This document shows, piece after piece, positions 29,389-39,256 of a DNA stretch of 64,000 nucleotides. This DNA is from Candidatus Nomurabacteria bacterium (GTDB lineage Bacteria; Patescibacteriota; WWE3; UBA101185; UBA10185), in NCBI GenBank assembly GCA_020631855.1, contig JACKGU010000002.1:159447-223446 (forward strand). Reading direction: 5' to 3'. The translations under genes and the position numbers were made by a program. Numbering within the stretch: the first letter of the stretch is position 1; the number at the start of each line of letters is the position of its first letter. The notes under the pieces were generated by a model, which was not told the DNA's origin, did no database searches, and saw nothing but the letters and a program-made list of their open reading frames with translations.

Positions 29389-29442
29389 AAAACTAACACG
29401 ATAAGAAATTTACGGGTGGGCTAAAATAGATTCTACTCTGTT

Positions 29443-31206
29443 CTAAAATATAATTCTTACACCGCCCATGTCGTCGTAGTCAAAAGGATGGCAATCGTGA
29501 ATAGACCCCACCATTATTCGATTCTCTCTTATACTCAGTTCTTTTGAGACTCTTTGAATAGCTTTAGGCCCAAACCTCATGTTAACGGGATATAACGTAA
29601 TATTCAAATGAGAATATACTCCCGCCTTCTGAAGGTACGGGATTGTAGCTCTTATTTCCTCCAAATCAGCCACAGAAGCAGGGTCGTCTTTTTGATAACA
29701 ATGGGCTATATAAATTTCCCTTCCGGTTTCATTCTTGTTTATGTAAGTTAGCACGCTGTGAATTTGAGTTGAGTGCTTTATAAAAACAACGAACTTTCCG
29801 GCAACCATATCACTAAACTTTTTATTGAGGTAGTTATTTATCATAGGAACACCGGATGTTAAATGTAATAAAGCCCTGAAAAGGTAGTCTTGATAAATTA
29901 CTATCAAAATAATTACTAGGGTTGGAAGAAAGTAATATTCAAAAAATTGAAAGTTTTTTGCATCAATTAATATATTTCCTGCCATACCCACAGCAGTGAA
30001 TAAGAATGCCAATAAAACAAAAGGCAAGGGCGCGCTGTAGGTACGCTTCAGGTCAGTTCTAGTTTGACGAAGAATTAAATTACCAAAAGCAAACAAACTC
30101 ATAACTCCAAGAAAAGAAATGGTGTATACTCCCGCCAAGCTTAATAAATCACCGCCGGTTAAAACAAGTATAGAGCTACATAATAAGAAGAAAGCAATAA
30201 TTATTCTGTAGTATGTACCTTTTGCGTTTCTTTTAGTTAAAAAGTTTGGTAAACAACTGTCCGATGCCATACGATAAACCAGCCCGCTAACTCCAACGAA
30301 TGAGGTGAGAACAGCCCCTGATAGTACTAAAAAGGCGTCTATAACTACAGCCGCCTGCAACAGCCTGCCTCCTGTTATTAGTGCTAAATCAGATAGCAAA
30401 AAGTCTTTTGCTGACACAATTGCTTCATAAGGCATCGCCTGAATTACAACGAAAGCCATCAATGGATTAAATATAGCCACCCCAAGAAGCATGTTTCTAA
30501 GTGTTTTCCTGAATACTCCCCTTTTCTGCTCTTCCACGAAATTTGCCGAACTCTCGAAACCCGATATACCGAGCAAAGAAGCAGAGAAAGCCAAAAAAAG
30601 TAATGGGAGTATGCTTCCCTTCTGCGCGATCAGTTGTGTGGTTTGAAATATATTGTAATTCAACTGAGTATCGTGCGTTAGCATATAAAATATGCCCGAA
30701 AGGCTTAGCGAGGTTAAAACAACTATATGTGTGATAAATATGACCAAAGCTACCTTGGCTGAATCTTTTATTCCCGAAATAACCAAAGCCGCAAAAAGCC
30801 CCAACAATAAGACTGTCGCAGGTATTATTGGGATTGTGACCATAGAGTGTAAATACTCCACGCCAACCTTGGCTGAAATAACAGCTGTAGCAATGTACGA
30901 AAGTATAGTCATCGCACCCGCAACCGCCGCAACAGACTTCGAGGCGCCATTCAAGAGGCAATTATACGCTCCGCCATTAATAGGCAAAGCCTCAACTATT
31001 TCAATGTAAACTGATTTATAGAAAAAAAGTACGATACCAATGACCAACAAAACTAAGGGAGCAAAAATACCGGAAAACATGGTGGCAATGCCCGAAACAT
31101 AAAGCACCGAGCTCAGTATGTCATTCCCGCATATTGCGGTAGCGGACAGCTGATTTAGCTTATCTTCGTCCTTGCAATTCATAAAGGTTGAAAGGCAGTG
31201 TCTCAT
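29443..31206 (-). CDS. APC-family amino acid permease with ~140-aa C-terminal cytoplasmic domain
   Basis: About 12 predicted TMs over the first ~440 aa. Soluble tail ...VVFIKHSTQIHSVLTYI... is unassigned. Confidence 0.55.
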   Translation of the reverse strand: MRHCLSTFMNCKDEDKLNQLSATAICGNDILSSVLYVSGIATMFSGIFAPLVLLVIGIVLFFYKSVYIEIVEALPINGGAYNCLLNGASKSVAAVAGAMTILSYIATAVISAKVGVEYLHSMVTIPIIPATVLLLGLFAALVISGIKDSAKVALVIFITHIVVLTSLSLSGIFYMLTHDTQLNYNIFQTTQLIAQKGSILPLLFLAFSASLLGISGFESSANFVEEQKRGVFRKTLRNMLLGVAIFNPLMAFVVIQAMPYEAIVSAKDFLLSDLALITGGRLLQAAVVIDAFLVLSGAVLTSFVGVSGLVYRMASDSCLPNFLTKRNAKGTYYRIIIAFFLLCSSILVLTGGDLLSLAGVYTISFLGVMSLFAFGNLILRQTRTDLKRTYSAPLPFVLLAFLFTAVGMAGNILIDAKNFQFFEYYFLPTLVIILIVIYQDYLFRALLHLTSGVPMINNYLNKKFSDMVAGKFVVFIKHSTQIHSVLTYINKNETGREIYIAHCYQKDDPASVADLEEIRATIPYLQKAGVYSHLNITLYPVNMRFGPKAIQRVSKELSIRENRIMVGSIHDCHPFDYDDMGGVRIIF

Positions 31207-31451
31207 AGTATCACATATATTTCGCGATGCAAGTTCTATTTTTTAAAATAAACCATCACCAGCTTACGCAGGTGTTTGCTGTAATTTCTTTGTGCTGCAA
31301 ATCCAAACATATTGAGCAAACCACATCTACTAGCTTGGGCAAATAGTTTTAAGTAAAGAAATTGTAAAAATATTTAAATGTTTTTGTCTGCTATATGGCC
31401 TTTATTTTTTTGGGGCAGAGGGAAATACAAAGACAGAAGGTGAACAAAAGA

Positions 31452-31480
31452 AGAAGCCCCGGCTTCGCCGGGGCTTCTTC
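31452..31480. terminator. GC-rich hairpin terminator downstream of 31507-32025
   Basis: GAAGAAGCCCCGGC-TTC-GCCGGGGCTTCTTC. On the minus strand it is followed by CTTTTGTTCA. Confidence 0.55.
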
Positions 31481-31506
31481 TATACCTGCAATATAACAAC
31501 GCGCAC

Positions 31507-32025
31507 TTATTCTTGTGAATGCGCGCCGCCGCCTTGACCCTGCCTCTGTCCCTGACCCTTATTTCCCATTTCCTCTCCTCGCTCTTCTCCTCTACCCATT
31601 CCATTACGTCCTAGGTCCAATTCCGACAGATCAACGCCATTTGTTTCTGCCCACTCCTGCATCTCTTCTCTATGTGCCGCGGTTTTTGCGTGTCTTTCCT
31701 CTATCGATAAGTCTTGCATCTCGGCTCTAAACTGTTCCTGCTTTTGAACAAGCGCATTTTTCTGCTCTTGGCTCAACATTCCTGAGGCAACTGCATCCTC
31801 TAGCTTTGCTTCAACCTCTTCCTTAACTTGTTCACGGTGATTTGCTCTTAGCTCATCTAAGTATGATCTTAGATCATCCGTACTTATACCAAACCTGTCC
31901 GCTACTTGCTGCATCATTGGAGGAAGATCCTGTGTGTCTGCATTTACCTTCAAAATCGAAGGTGCTGCCAACATAGAAAACCCTGCTAAACTTAATACTC
32001 CAACTGCTAAAAATGATTTATTCAT
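31507..32025 (-). CDS. Secreted Spy/CpxP-like (LTxxQ-type) periplasmic stress protein
   Basis: Signal peptide, helical Q/E-rich repeats (LSQEQKNALVQKQEQFRAEMQ) and a Gly-rich tail. Sits next to a histidine kinase / response regulator pair. Confidence 0.45.
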   Translation of the reverse strand: MNKSFLAVGVLSLAGFSMLAAPSILKVNADTQDLPPMMQQVADRFGISTDDLRSYLDELRANHREQVKEEVEAKLEDAVASGMLSQEQKNALVQKQEQFRAEMQDLSIEERHAKTAAHREEMQEWAETNGVDLSELDLGRNGMGRGEERGEEMGNKGQGQRQGQGGGAHSQE

Positions 32026-32134
32026 TTTTTTATTCTCCTAAAATTTATAAACTGGGATAGTTAATCCTAGTAACAATATAACCTTGAAAACTTAAAATTA
32101 GCTTAAAAAATACAACCTTGAAAAACGATTATTC

Positions 32135-33178
32135 CTACAAAGGAATTTTAAAAGTGAATGTGGTGCCTTCTTCTCTGCTACTACTTACAAATATCTCACC
32201 TTTATGATTCTTAACTATGGCTGCGGCAATAGACAACCCGACGCCGTAACCTTCGTTAATGTTTTTGTTCCTTGATTTTTCAGATTGGTAAAATCTCTCA
32301 AAAATCTTGTCAATCTCAGATGTTTCTATATGATCGCCAAAATTATGTATTTTAAAAACTGCATTCTTTTGCACCTTACTCAAGGTAATGGTTATCTTTG
32401 TATCCTCAAACGCATACTTGATAGCGTTATCAAGTAGGACAGATACAAGCTCATAAATTGATGCGCGGTCACATTTCACATCTATATCTTGTAAATCCAT
32501 CTCAACAGAAATTCTTTTTGAATTCGCTAGAATAAAGTTTTTGGCAACCACATTCTCCACAATAGAGTTCAAACTCGTCAATTTATACGTTGCGGCATTT
32601 AACTTTTCATACTTGCTTTGATTTAAAAATGCGCCAATAAGTGCTGCTAAACGGTTAATCTCCTCAATAGTACTAGAGAAAACCTCTGAAATCTCGGCTC
32701 TAGTAAGTCTTTTATCTCTCATCGCTACCTCAAGCTCAGCTTTCATTGCAGTTAAAGGTGTTTTAAGTTCGTGGGCGGCGTTTGAGACAAAATCTTTCTG
32801 CTTCTCTATCATGACTTCTACCGGCGAAAGGGATTTTCCGGCTATATAGTAGCCAAAAAAGGCTGTAATTAAGATAATGACAATATCTAGGGCAACAATT
32901 TCAATAAATAAGCTTTTCTGTAGCTGTTTCAGCCCCTCTTGCTTGGCCTGGTCTAATGCTAACTGCGCGTTACTCCTTTGAGCTCCGGGACCTTTCCCCG
33001 GACCGGGATCAGAGTTTAATTCAAAAGCCATGTCTATTCTTCGCTGGTGCCTGTCTATCGCTCTCTCAGAGATTGATAGGGTCAAAAAATAAAAAATTCC
33101 GCTAAAAATTAAAAGGGTGAGTGCGACTGTAATTACATACCAAAAAGTAACTTTAAATTTTGTTTTTCTTAATATCAT
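32135..33178 (-). CDS. Sensor histidine kinase
   Basis: Two TMs, H-box AAHELKTPLTAMKAE, and an HATPase region (N/G boxes). Confidence 0.8.
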   Translation of the reverse strand: MILRKTKFKVTFWYVITVALTLLIFSGIFYFLTLSISERAIDRHQRRIDMAFELNSDPGPGKGPGAQRSNAQLALDQAKQEGLKQLQKSLFIEIVALDIVIILITAFFGYYIAGKSLSPVEVMIEKQKDFVSNAAHELKTPLTAMKAELEVAMRDKRLTRAEISEVFSSTIEEINRLAALIGAFLNQSKYEKLNAATYKLTSLNSIVENVVAKNFILANSKRISVEMDLQDIDVKCDRASIYELVSVLLDNAIKYAFEDTKITITLSKVQKNAVFKIHNFGDHIETSEIDKIFERFYQSEKSRNKNINEGYGVGLSIAAAIVKNHKGEIFVSSSREEGTTFTFKIPL

Positions 33179-33843
33179 TGTGGCTCCAGCTTATATCCAA
33201 AACCCCTGACAGTTTTAATATAGTTACAACCGGCCTTTCCTAGCTTTGATCTCAAAGAGGCTATAAAAACCTCAACCGTATTTGGCATTACATCAGATTC
33301 AAAATCCCACACATTTTGAATTAATTTGTCCTTAGATAAAACTTTACCTTTGTTCTTTATTAACATCTCAAGCAACATAAATTCTTTCTTTGACAACTCC
33401 AGAAGCTTTCTATTAAAAGAAATCGTCTTTTGTTGGACATCCAGCTTCAGACTCCCAACTTCAAAAATCTGAGGCGCAATGTTTTTTGGCCTTCGAAGCA
33501 GGGCCTTAATTCTTGCAACAAGCTCATCGAACGCAAAAGGCTTAGTTAAATAGTCATCTGCACCCATTTCAAAGCCTGAAACCTTGTCATCTATTTCTGA
33601 CATAGCTGTGAGCATCAGTATCGGGACTGATATGTTATTTTTTCTGATCTTTGTGCAAATGTCCAGCCCGCTAACTTTTGGGAGCATAAGATCCAAAACG
33701 ATAATATTATAATCCTCAGTAAGAGCCATATCTAGGCCACACTCGCCGTCATAACAAACATCCACAGCAAACATCTCCATTTCTAGGCCTTTTTTGAGAG
33801 AATTTGCGATCTTAATGTCATCTTCAATCACCAGTATCTTCAT
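33175..33843 (-). CDS. OmpR-family response regulator
   Basis: Receiver domain MKILVIEDD...VLDLMLP plus a winged-helix output domain ...VRGFGYKL. Confidence 0.85.
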   Translation of the reverse strand: MKILVIEDDIKIANSLKKGLEMEMFAVDVCYDGECGLDMALTEDYNIIVLDLMLPKVSGLDICTKIRKNNISVPILMLTAMSEIDDKVSGFEMGADDYLTKPFAFDELVARIKALLRRPKNIAPQIFEVGSLKLDVQQKTISFNRKLLELSKKEFMLLEMLIKNKGKVLSKDKLIQNVWDFESDVMPNTVEVFIASLRSKLGKAGCNYIKTVRGFGYKLEPQ

Positions 33844-33872
33844 GTGTATAGTTTAACAAAATAATAAAATAT

Positions 33873-35048
33873 ATGTTACGCTTGTTTAAAATAGATAAGG
33901 ATAAAAATACTATGAGTAAAAATAAAGTTGGATATACTGATTATCGTCCCGCCCGAGACAATTGTTTCAACCCTGCAAATAGACGCGATGGCGATAGAGG
34001 GAGGATCCACAGGTCACTTACATCGCTGCGCTTAGGTAGATTATTAGAAACACCCCGCGGACCTTGTGAGGCAGAAGCGCCAGAGGAAACAAAACTAACC
34101 TTCTACTTGTTTAAACATTTATTTCAACAGATGCCTAATATGTTAAACGCTATTGAGGAAAAACCAGATTTACTGCCCGAGACCGAAGATCGTTGGGGAT
34201 TATGGGATGAAATAAAGAGAAGAGAGTTAGATCATTTCGTCAGATTCTTAAAAAGTATGGGAGATAGAATAACGGCTCTTTCAGAGTTACTGTCGACAGA
34301 GCGCCTCCCGAGACCATACACCAGAGAGAATAAAGGAGTTCTTGAAGCTTTAATACCGATCGATTTATGCAAAAGGAGGCCGAATGAGAATTGTGTTTTC
34401 CCTACTGCAAGAGTCTTGTATGACCCTCTACAACTAGGCGGAGCACTTCCTGACGAGTATAAAGGGCTTCCGGAGAGTGAGGTTATGGCTAAGTTTCTAG
34501 AAACACCCGGGTCACTTCACCCAGAACAGGCAGCAAAAGTCTTATCAATAGATAAAAATATGGTTATAGAGGCAGTTGAGGAATGGGGGCGTGCTCCTTC
34601 GGCTATGCTGACTGTGATGTTTGCTCAACAAAATATAAACAAAAACAACCCTTTTGGTAACGGAACACGCCTTCCTTATGAGTACACCAACTTCAGACTG
34701 TATATAAGTTATGATCGACAACACGGCCTCATGGTAACTCCTGCCCTAGTGTATAATCAAGACTCGGATCAAGTTGGGGGGCGCTCAGAAACTATACTTC
34801 TCGGAGAAAAGACACCTTTAATAAGTGCAGGAACCGCCCATATAACCCAAGAGGATCTTAACACTGCAATAATAAGTAGATTTGGGCTCGGTGGCAACGG
34901 CGGTGGCAACGGCAGCAACAACGGCCCCGAAGGGGGGAAAGAATACCACCATACAGCAACAGGTAGCAGAGGAATGGAAGATCCGGGCGACAGCACCAAA
35001 GCCCAGGGAAGTAATCGTCGTAAAAGAAAATATAAATTTCAATCTTAG
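33873..35048 (+). CDS. Orphan hypothetical protein with atypically high GC and a Gly/Asn-rich basic C-terminus
   Basis: 391-aa ORF, noticeably more GC-rich than its neighbours. Ends GGNGGGNGSNNGPEGG...RRKRKYKF. No signal peptide or motif recognised. Confidence 0.4.
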   Translation: MLRLFKIDKDKNTMSKNKVGYTDYRPARDNCFNPANRRDGDRGRIHRSLTSLRLGRLLETPRGPCEAEAPEETKLTFYLFKHLFQQMPNMLNAIEEKPDLLPETEDRWGLWDEIKRRELDHFVRFLKSMGDRITALSELLSTERLPRPYTRENKGVLEALIPIDLCKRRPNENCVFPTARVLYDPLQLGGALPDEYKGLPESEVMAKFLETPGSLHPEQAAKVLSIDKNMVIEAVEEWGRAPSAMLTVMFAQQNINKNNPFGNGTRLPYEYTNFRLYISYDRQHGLMVTPALVYNQDSDQVGGRSETILLGEKTPLISAGTAHITQEDLNTAIISRFGLGGNGGGNGSNNGPEGGKEYHHTATGSRGMEDPGDSTKAQGSNRRKRKYKFQS

Positions 35049-35118
35049 GCCAGCCAGGATAAAGGTTCTCTCTCAATACTTAAATGTCGACAGGGCTCGC
35101 ACCACCTCATACAGCAGC

Positions 35119-36711
35119 TTAATTGCATCTTAAAACAAATACCAGAGGCTCTAGCCTACTCCCAAACGAACTAACATGCCGGGGACATAAGGCAGAAATT
35201 TCTTCTAAGTGCTCTATAGAAGTCACGGCATATTGTGAATCTTTACTATAAAAAGAACTCACAACTCTCTTATAATAAGGCCTAAAAGAGTCTATGTTAT
35301 AAGGTAACCAAAGGTCTCCTTCTACGGGTATCTTGTTTAAATACAGTGCTGCGTCTGAATAATACTCCCCGCTATTATCATAAACATTTAACGACAAGGC
35401 TTTAGCAGAAGGGTTTGGTCCAAGAATAGGAGAGTAAAAAGCAGAATAGGACGGGTGGTAGATGTAAAAAATTATAAATGTAAATAGCAATGTTGTGCAA
35501 GCAATTAAACCTGCTTTAACTTTTGAATTTGCAAAATAAATAGACGTAATAAGCAGTATCGGCAATATTAGAGCAATAGAATATCTATCAATTTTTTTAA
35601 CCGATATAGATAGAGCAAAAAAATATGTCGCTACATACAACAGCAGCCATGCATATTTTTTTATGTTATTTTTAGAAAATATCGCAACTGCAAATACCCA
35701 AATAGACAAAAAAGCGGAAAGCGGAGATAGCTTGAGAAATAGTATAAAAGGATAATAAAACATAGAAAATGCCCCCGAAAAAGGTGTTTCTCTAACATCC
35801 GTATATATACCCCCGGTAATGCCCCCCAAGACTTTTGTTATAACAAATAGCGGATGTGCGGGAAGAGCAGGAAAAAATACAACAACAGTTAGCATAAATG
35901 ATATAAGAAAATATGCCACAGACTTTATAATCGAACGAGCATCAAGATCTACACCAAGATTTAAGAAGCGCTTGAACCTGAAACCAGACTTAAAAGAAAA
36001 AAACCTAGATATAATAACAAAAATACAAGGAATCAGGGCTACAAGGTTGGTAACTTTTGTGAGTACTGCGAGTCCTATCAAAAGACCAGAAAGTACTACG
36101 TAGAAAGTACCTCCGAATTTTTTCCAATACCATATAGTTAGAAAACCCGAAAAAGCAAGGTAGGTCTCCAAAGATGACAAATGAAACCAACGATCCAGAC
36201 CTACTAGATAAGGTTCGCAGGCTATCAGCAAACCATATAAAAGAGAGGTTCTTTGATCGTAAAGCTTAGATACAATTATCAACTGATAAGAAAATAGTAT
36301 AAACAAAAAGATAACGATAGAGCCCTTTGAAATTTGCTGAATAAAAGGATAATAAGAAGAATTTTCAAAAGTAAGCTCGGAAAAATCTTCCGCAAACCTA
36401 TAATTATAAGACTTCGATAACTGTAAAACTAAGGAATTAATCCACATTAGGGTTACTCCAGGGTGATAGCTTTGATACGTTTCCTTAAAGTTATGAGATT
36501 TGATTGCTGTTAAAAAATTTTCCGATCTCCGATGCCACCTATAAGCATCCGAATTTGAGATATCTGTTTGCAAACTTGTAAGTCTCAATGCAAGAAACAA
36601 AGTAGCAACGAACACAAAAAGTATATATTTTTTATCTATTGTAGATAAAACGCGCAATAGTTTTGCAAAAATACTTGCCGGTAAATTTAAAAAATAATGA
36701 TATACGCCCAT
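35119..36711 (-). CDS. GT-C fold glycosyltransferase (PMT/ArnT-like), second copy
   Basis: 530-aa polytopic membrane protein with many TMs and a periplasmic C-terminal domain. Confidence 0.45.
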   Translation of the reverse strand: MGVYHYFLNLPASIFAKLLRVLSTIDKKYILFVFVATLFLALRLTSLQTDISNSDAYRWHRRSENFLTAIKSHNFKETYQSYHPGVTLMWINSLVLQLSKSYNYRFAEDFSELTFENSSYYPFIQQISKGSIVIFLFILFSYQLIIVSKLYDQRTSLLYGLLIACEPYLVGLDRWFHLSSLETYLAFSGFLTIWYWKKFGGTFYVVLSGLLIGLAVLTKVTNLVALIPCIFVIISRFFSFKSGFRFKRFLNLGVDLDARSIIKSVAYFLISFMLTVVVFFPALPAHPLFVITKVLGGITGGIYTDVRETPFSGAFSMFYYPFILFLKLSPLSAFLSIWVFAVAIFSKNNIKKYAWLLLYVATYFFALSISVKKIDRYSIALILPILLITSIYFANSKVKAGLIACTTLLFTFIIFYIYHPSYSAFYSPILGPNPSAKALSLNVYDNSGEYYSDAALYLNKIPVEGDLWLPYNIDSFRPYYKRVVSSFYSKDSQYAVTSIEHLEEISALCPRHVSSFGSRLEPLVFVLRCN

Positions 36712-36951
36712 GTAAATATTATATACGACAAAGCATTACAGTTGATAGATACATATAAAGGCTTGGACGAGGCATACTTTAGAAATTATGACAACTATGA
36801 AGCATCGGTACCTGATACATCGATTTCATTCTGCGAGCTGAAAGCTGAAAAAATTCGTTACGCTCGAATCCGGATGATTGACTAGCATAATGGTTTACCC
36901 ATAAATGTTTCTCCAAGCAATAGGGCGAACTGTCTCCAAACACGCATATTT

Positions 36952-37509
36952 TCATACGAGCAACTCCAATAACTCAGGAAACTTTCTATACTTTTCACCC
37001 GCGGTACCAATAGAAAAATGTTTTTGTCCTTCGATAATAGTTGGATGTACGCCTATCTTTTCTGAAAGATAATCAGTTTGTTCCTTTGAAATGTAGGGAT
37101 CGTCTGATGACCAAAAAAGAACAATTTTACTGGCCTGTTTCTTTATTTTTTCCCAGTCATAATCTTCTGAAAACAATCCCTCACAATCCCAACCCTCGTC
37201 TTTATAAAATCCTGCTACTGAAATCGCTTTACTAATTTTGGTTTCTTTTGGAAGTTTTTGTAATATGCCAAAAACCATTGCACCACCTGAGCTATGTCCG
37301 ATAATTACAGTTTCTTCATTGAACTCAAAATCTTTTAGAAAATCCCAGTATCTTTCTAAATCTGGGTGCCAAGCTCCGGGCAGTTCCGGTAGAAAGACCT
37401 CATAACCTTTTCTTTCTAACTCCGTTTTCAGCCATGGAAACCAGTTATTGAATCTTTGTTTCTGTTCTTTGCCAAAGTCTGTACCATGCAAGATAAGCGC
37501 ATTTTTCAT
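36952..37509 (-). CDS. Alpha/beta hydrolase, YdeN/RBBP9-like serine esterase
   Basis: ILHGTDFG, nucleophile elbow IIGHSSGG, ~185 aa. Confidence 0.65.
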   Translation of the reverse strand: MKNALILHGTDFGKEQKQRFNNWFPWLKTELERKGYEVFLPELPGAWHPDLERYWDFLKDFEFNEETVIIGHSSGGAMVFGILQKLPKETKISKAISVAGFYKDEGWDCEGLFSEDYDWEKIKKQASKIVLFWSSDDPYISKEQTDYLSEKIGVHPTIIEGQKHFSIGTAGEKYRKFPELLELLV

Positions 37510-38111
37510 AGATCAACACCTAATTCTTTTAACTTACCTAAAAAGTGCTCAAACCCTTCATAGAAAAACGCTTGAATCCCAACCTCTTTTGCACCTGCCA
37601 AGTTAGCATCATTATGATCTGCGAAGACTATATCTTCGGCTTCTACACCTGATCTATCTACCAAAGTTTGGAATATCTTTGTAGAGGGTTTCGTTGCACC
37701 AATCTCGTATGAAAATACATATGCATCAAAGTTATTTAATAATCCAAATCTTTTATCTAAACCTTTTATTCTTGCGGGAAAGTTATTTGTACAGATCAAG
37801 GTATTATAACCCTTTTCCCTAACTTCTTTTACTACCTTAACAACATCTTCGTTTACTTCGTATCCTTCAATTAACAAGTCAGTTACTTCCTGTACTGTTA
37901 GATCAATTTCCCATTGTTCTATAGCCCATGACCAGTATTCATCATCAGTCATTTTACCTTCTTTATACATTTTGTTCATTTCATCGCTTTTGAGGAATAC
38001 TCTTTTAGCTTCATCTTCTGAGACACCGTATTTACCTAGGTTTTTTATAAAATTAGATTTACCGTTAACAAAGTATACGCCATCTAGATCGAAACATATT
38101 GCTTTAACCAT
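37506..38111 (-). CDS. HAD-superfamily hydrolase
   Basis: Motif I ICFDLDGV, plus motifs II-IV. 201 aa. Confidence 0.7.
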   Translation of the reverse strand: MVKAICFDLDGVYFVNGKSNFIKNLGKYGVSEDEAKRVFLKSDEMNKMYKEGKMTDDEYWSWAIEQWEIDLTVQEVTDLLIEGYEVNEDVVKVVKEVREKGYNTLICTNNFPARIKGLDKRFGLLNNFDAYVFSYEIGATKPSTKIFQTLVDRSGVEAEDIVFADHNDANLAGAKEVGIQAFFYEGFEHFLGKLKELGVDL

Positions 38112-38595
38112 GCTGTCCCCTTTCTATTCTAATGCACTCGAGAATTGATTTATCGTGAAACTTTAGTTTTAAATCAGTATCTAAAATTGCAGTGATGTGC
38201 GAATATATTGGTCTATTCATACTTCCTGTTTCCCATTTAACATTTGGGTATTTAGCTAGAATCTCGTTGTAATATTCGTCTGTAACAAACTCTGCATGCT
38301 CCCACCCAGATGAATGAGTTTCACCTTCTTTAGGTTCAATAAGTTCTGCAGCTTCAATCTTGTAATCCTTGTAAACAAAGGGTTCGTCTAGTGTAATTAC
38401 TCCAACCCGTCTATTACTGATTATTGCTTCGTGGTCGAAATTCCCAAGAGCCTCAAATTCAGGTTTTAACTCTTCGTATTCTTCTCTTGATGCGGTGTAA
38501 TAAGCGATGTGATCCAACTGTAGACCATTAATATCAATTCCTGCCTCTTCGACTCTTTGAAAAAACTTATCTAAAAATTTTTTGTAGTCTTTCAT
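38104..38595 (-). CDS. Hypothetical protein (VOC/YecM-like?)
   Basis: 163 aa with a weak resemblance only. Confidence 0.3.
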   Translation of the reverse strand: MKDYKKFLDKFFQRVEEAGIDINGLQLDHIAYYTASREEYEELKPEFEALGNFDHEAIISNRRVGVITLDEPFVYKDYKIEAAELIEPKEGETHSSGWEHAEFVTDEYYNEILAKYPNVKWETGSMNRPIYSHITAILDTDLKLKFHDKSILECIRIERGQHG

Positions 38596-39086
38596 AAAAT
38601 TACCCTCTCTGCAACTCTAGACTTCGTATCAAAAACAACAATCGCAGGTGAATCACCTGGTCTCAAATGTAACCCACCAGGATTAATCAAAGTTGTTTTT
38701 CCTACCTTTTCGATTCTTGCTTCATCATGAAAATGACCATGTACACACAAATCGAAATCCCCAGATTTAGCTACAAGCTCTGTAATCCTTGGAGAGTGGT
38801 TCATAAATACGTTAAGACCTTCTAGTTCACCCTCATACGTATCTCCGAATAATTCAATCTTTTCGGAGGCATCTGTTTTTCTTGTTAGCCCCATTTTTTC
38901 ACCTTCGTTATTTCCCCAAACCAGCTTTACCTCTCCGTTAAATTTTTCCAGAATTGCTATTCCAGGAGGTGAGATCAAATCACCCGCAAACAAAAGAATA
39001 GAGCATTCCATATTATTTGCCTTTTCCACTGCTTTTTCTAGTACGGGCCAGTTGTCGTGGCTATCTGACATTATTGCTATTTTCAT
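38592..39086 (-). CDS. YfcE/MJ0936-family metallophosphoesterase
   Basis: MKIAIMSDSHDN ... GDLISP ... CVHGHFH. Confidence 0.7.
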   Translation of the reverse strand: MKIAIMSDSHDNWPVLEKAVEKANNMECSILLFAGDLISPPGIAILEKFNGEVKLVWGNNEGEKMGLTRKTDASEKIELFGDTYEGELEGLNVFMNHSPRITELVAKSGDFDLCVHGHFHDEARIEKVGKTTLINPGGLHLRPGDSPAIVVFDTKSRVAERVIL

Positions 39087-39256
39087 AAATACATTTTAAC
39101 AGAGAATGATTTGTTCGTGTAAGGACATCCGCCAGGGGTATATAGGGTATTACACAAATCTGGGGTCGGTAATTACCGCTAACTTGAACCAGATAATACA
39201 AACCATTTTACTTATTAAAACTTTCTTTGTCCGGTGTTAAGTGCTAATATCTATAA

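Noticed and set aside
36697-36885. 62-aa ORF between the GT-C gene and the esterase gene
   Set aside because: It has no motif, sits in a promoter region, and its conservation is unknown. It is left uncalled.
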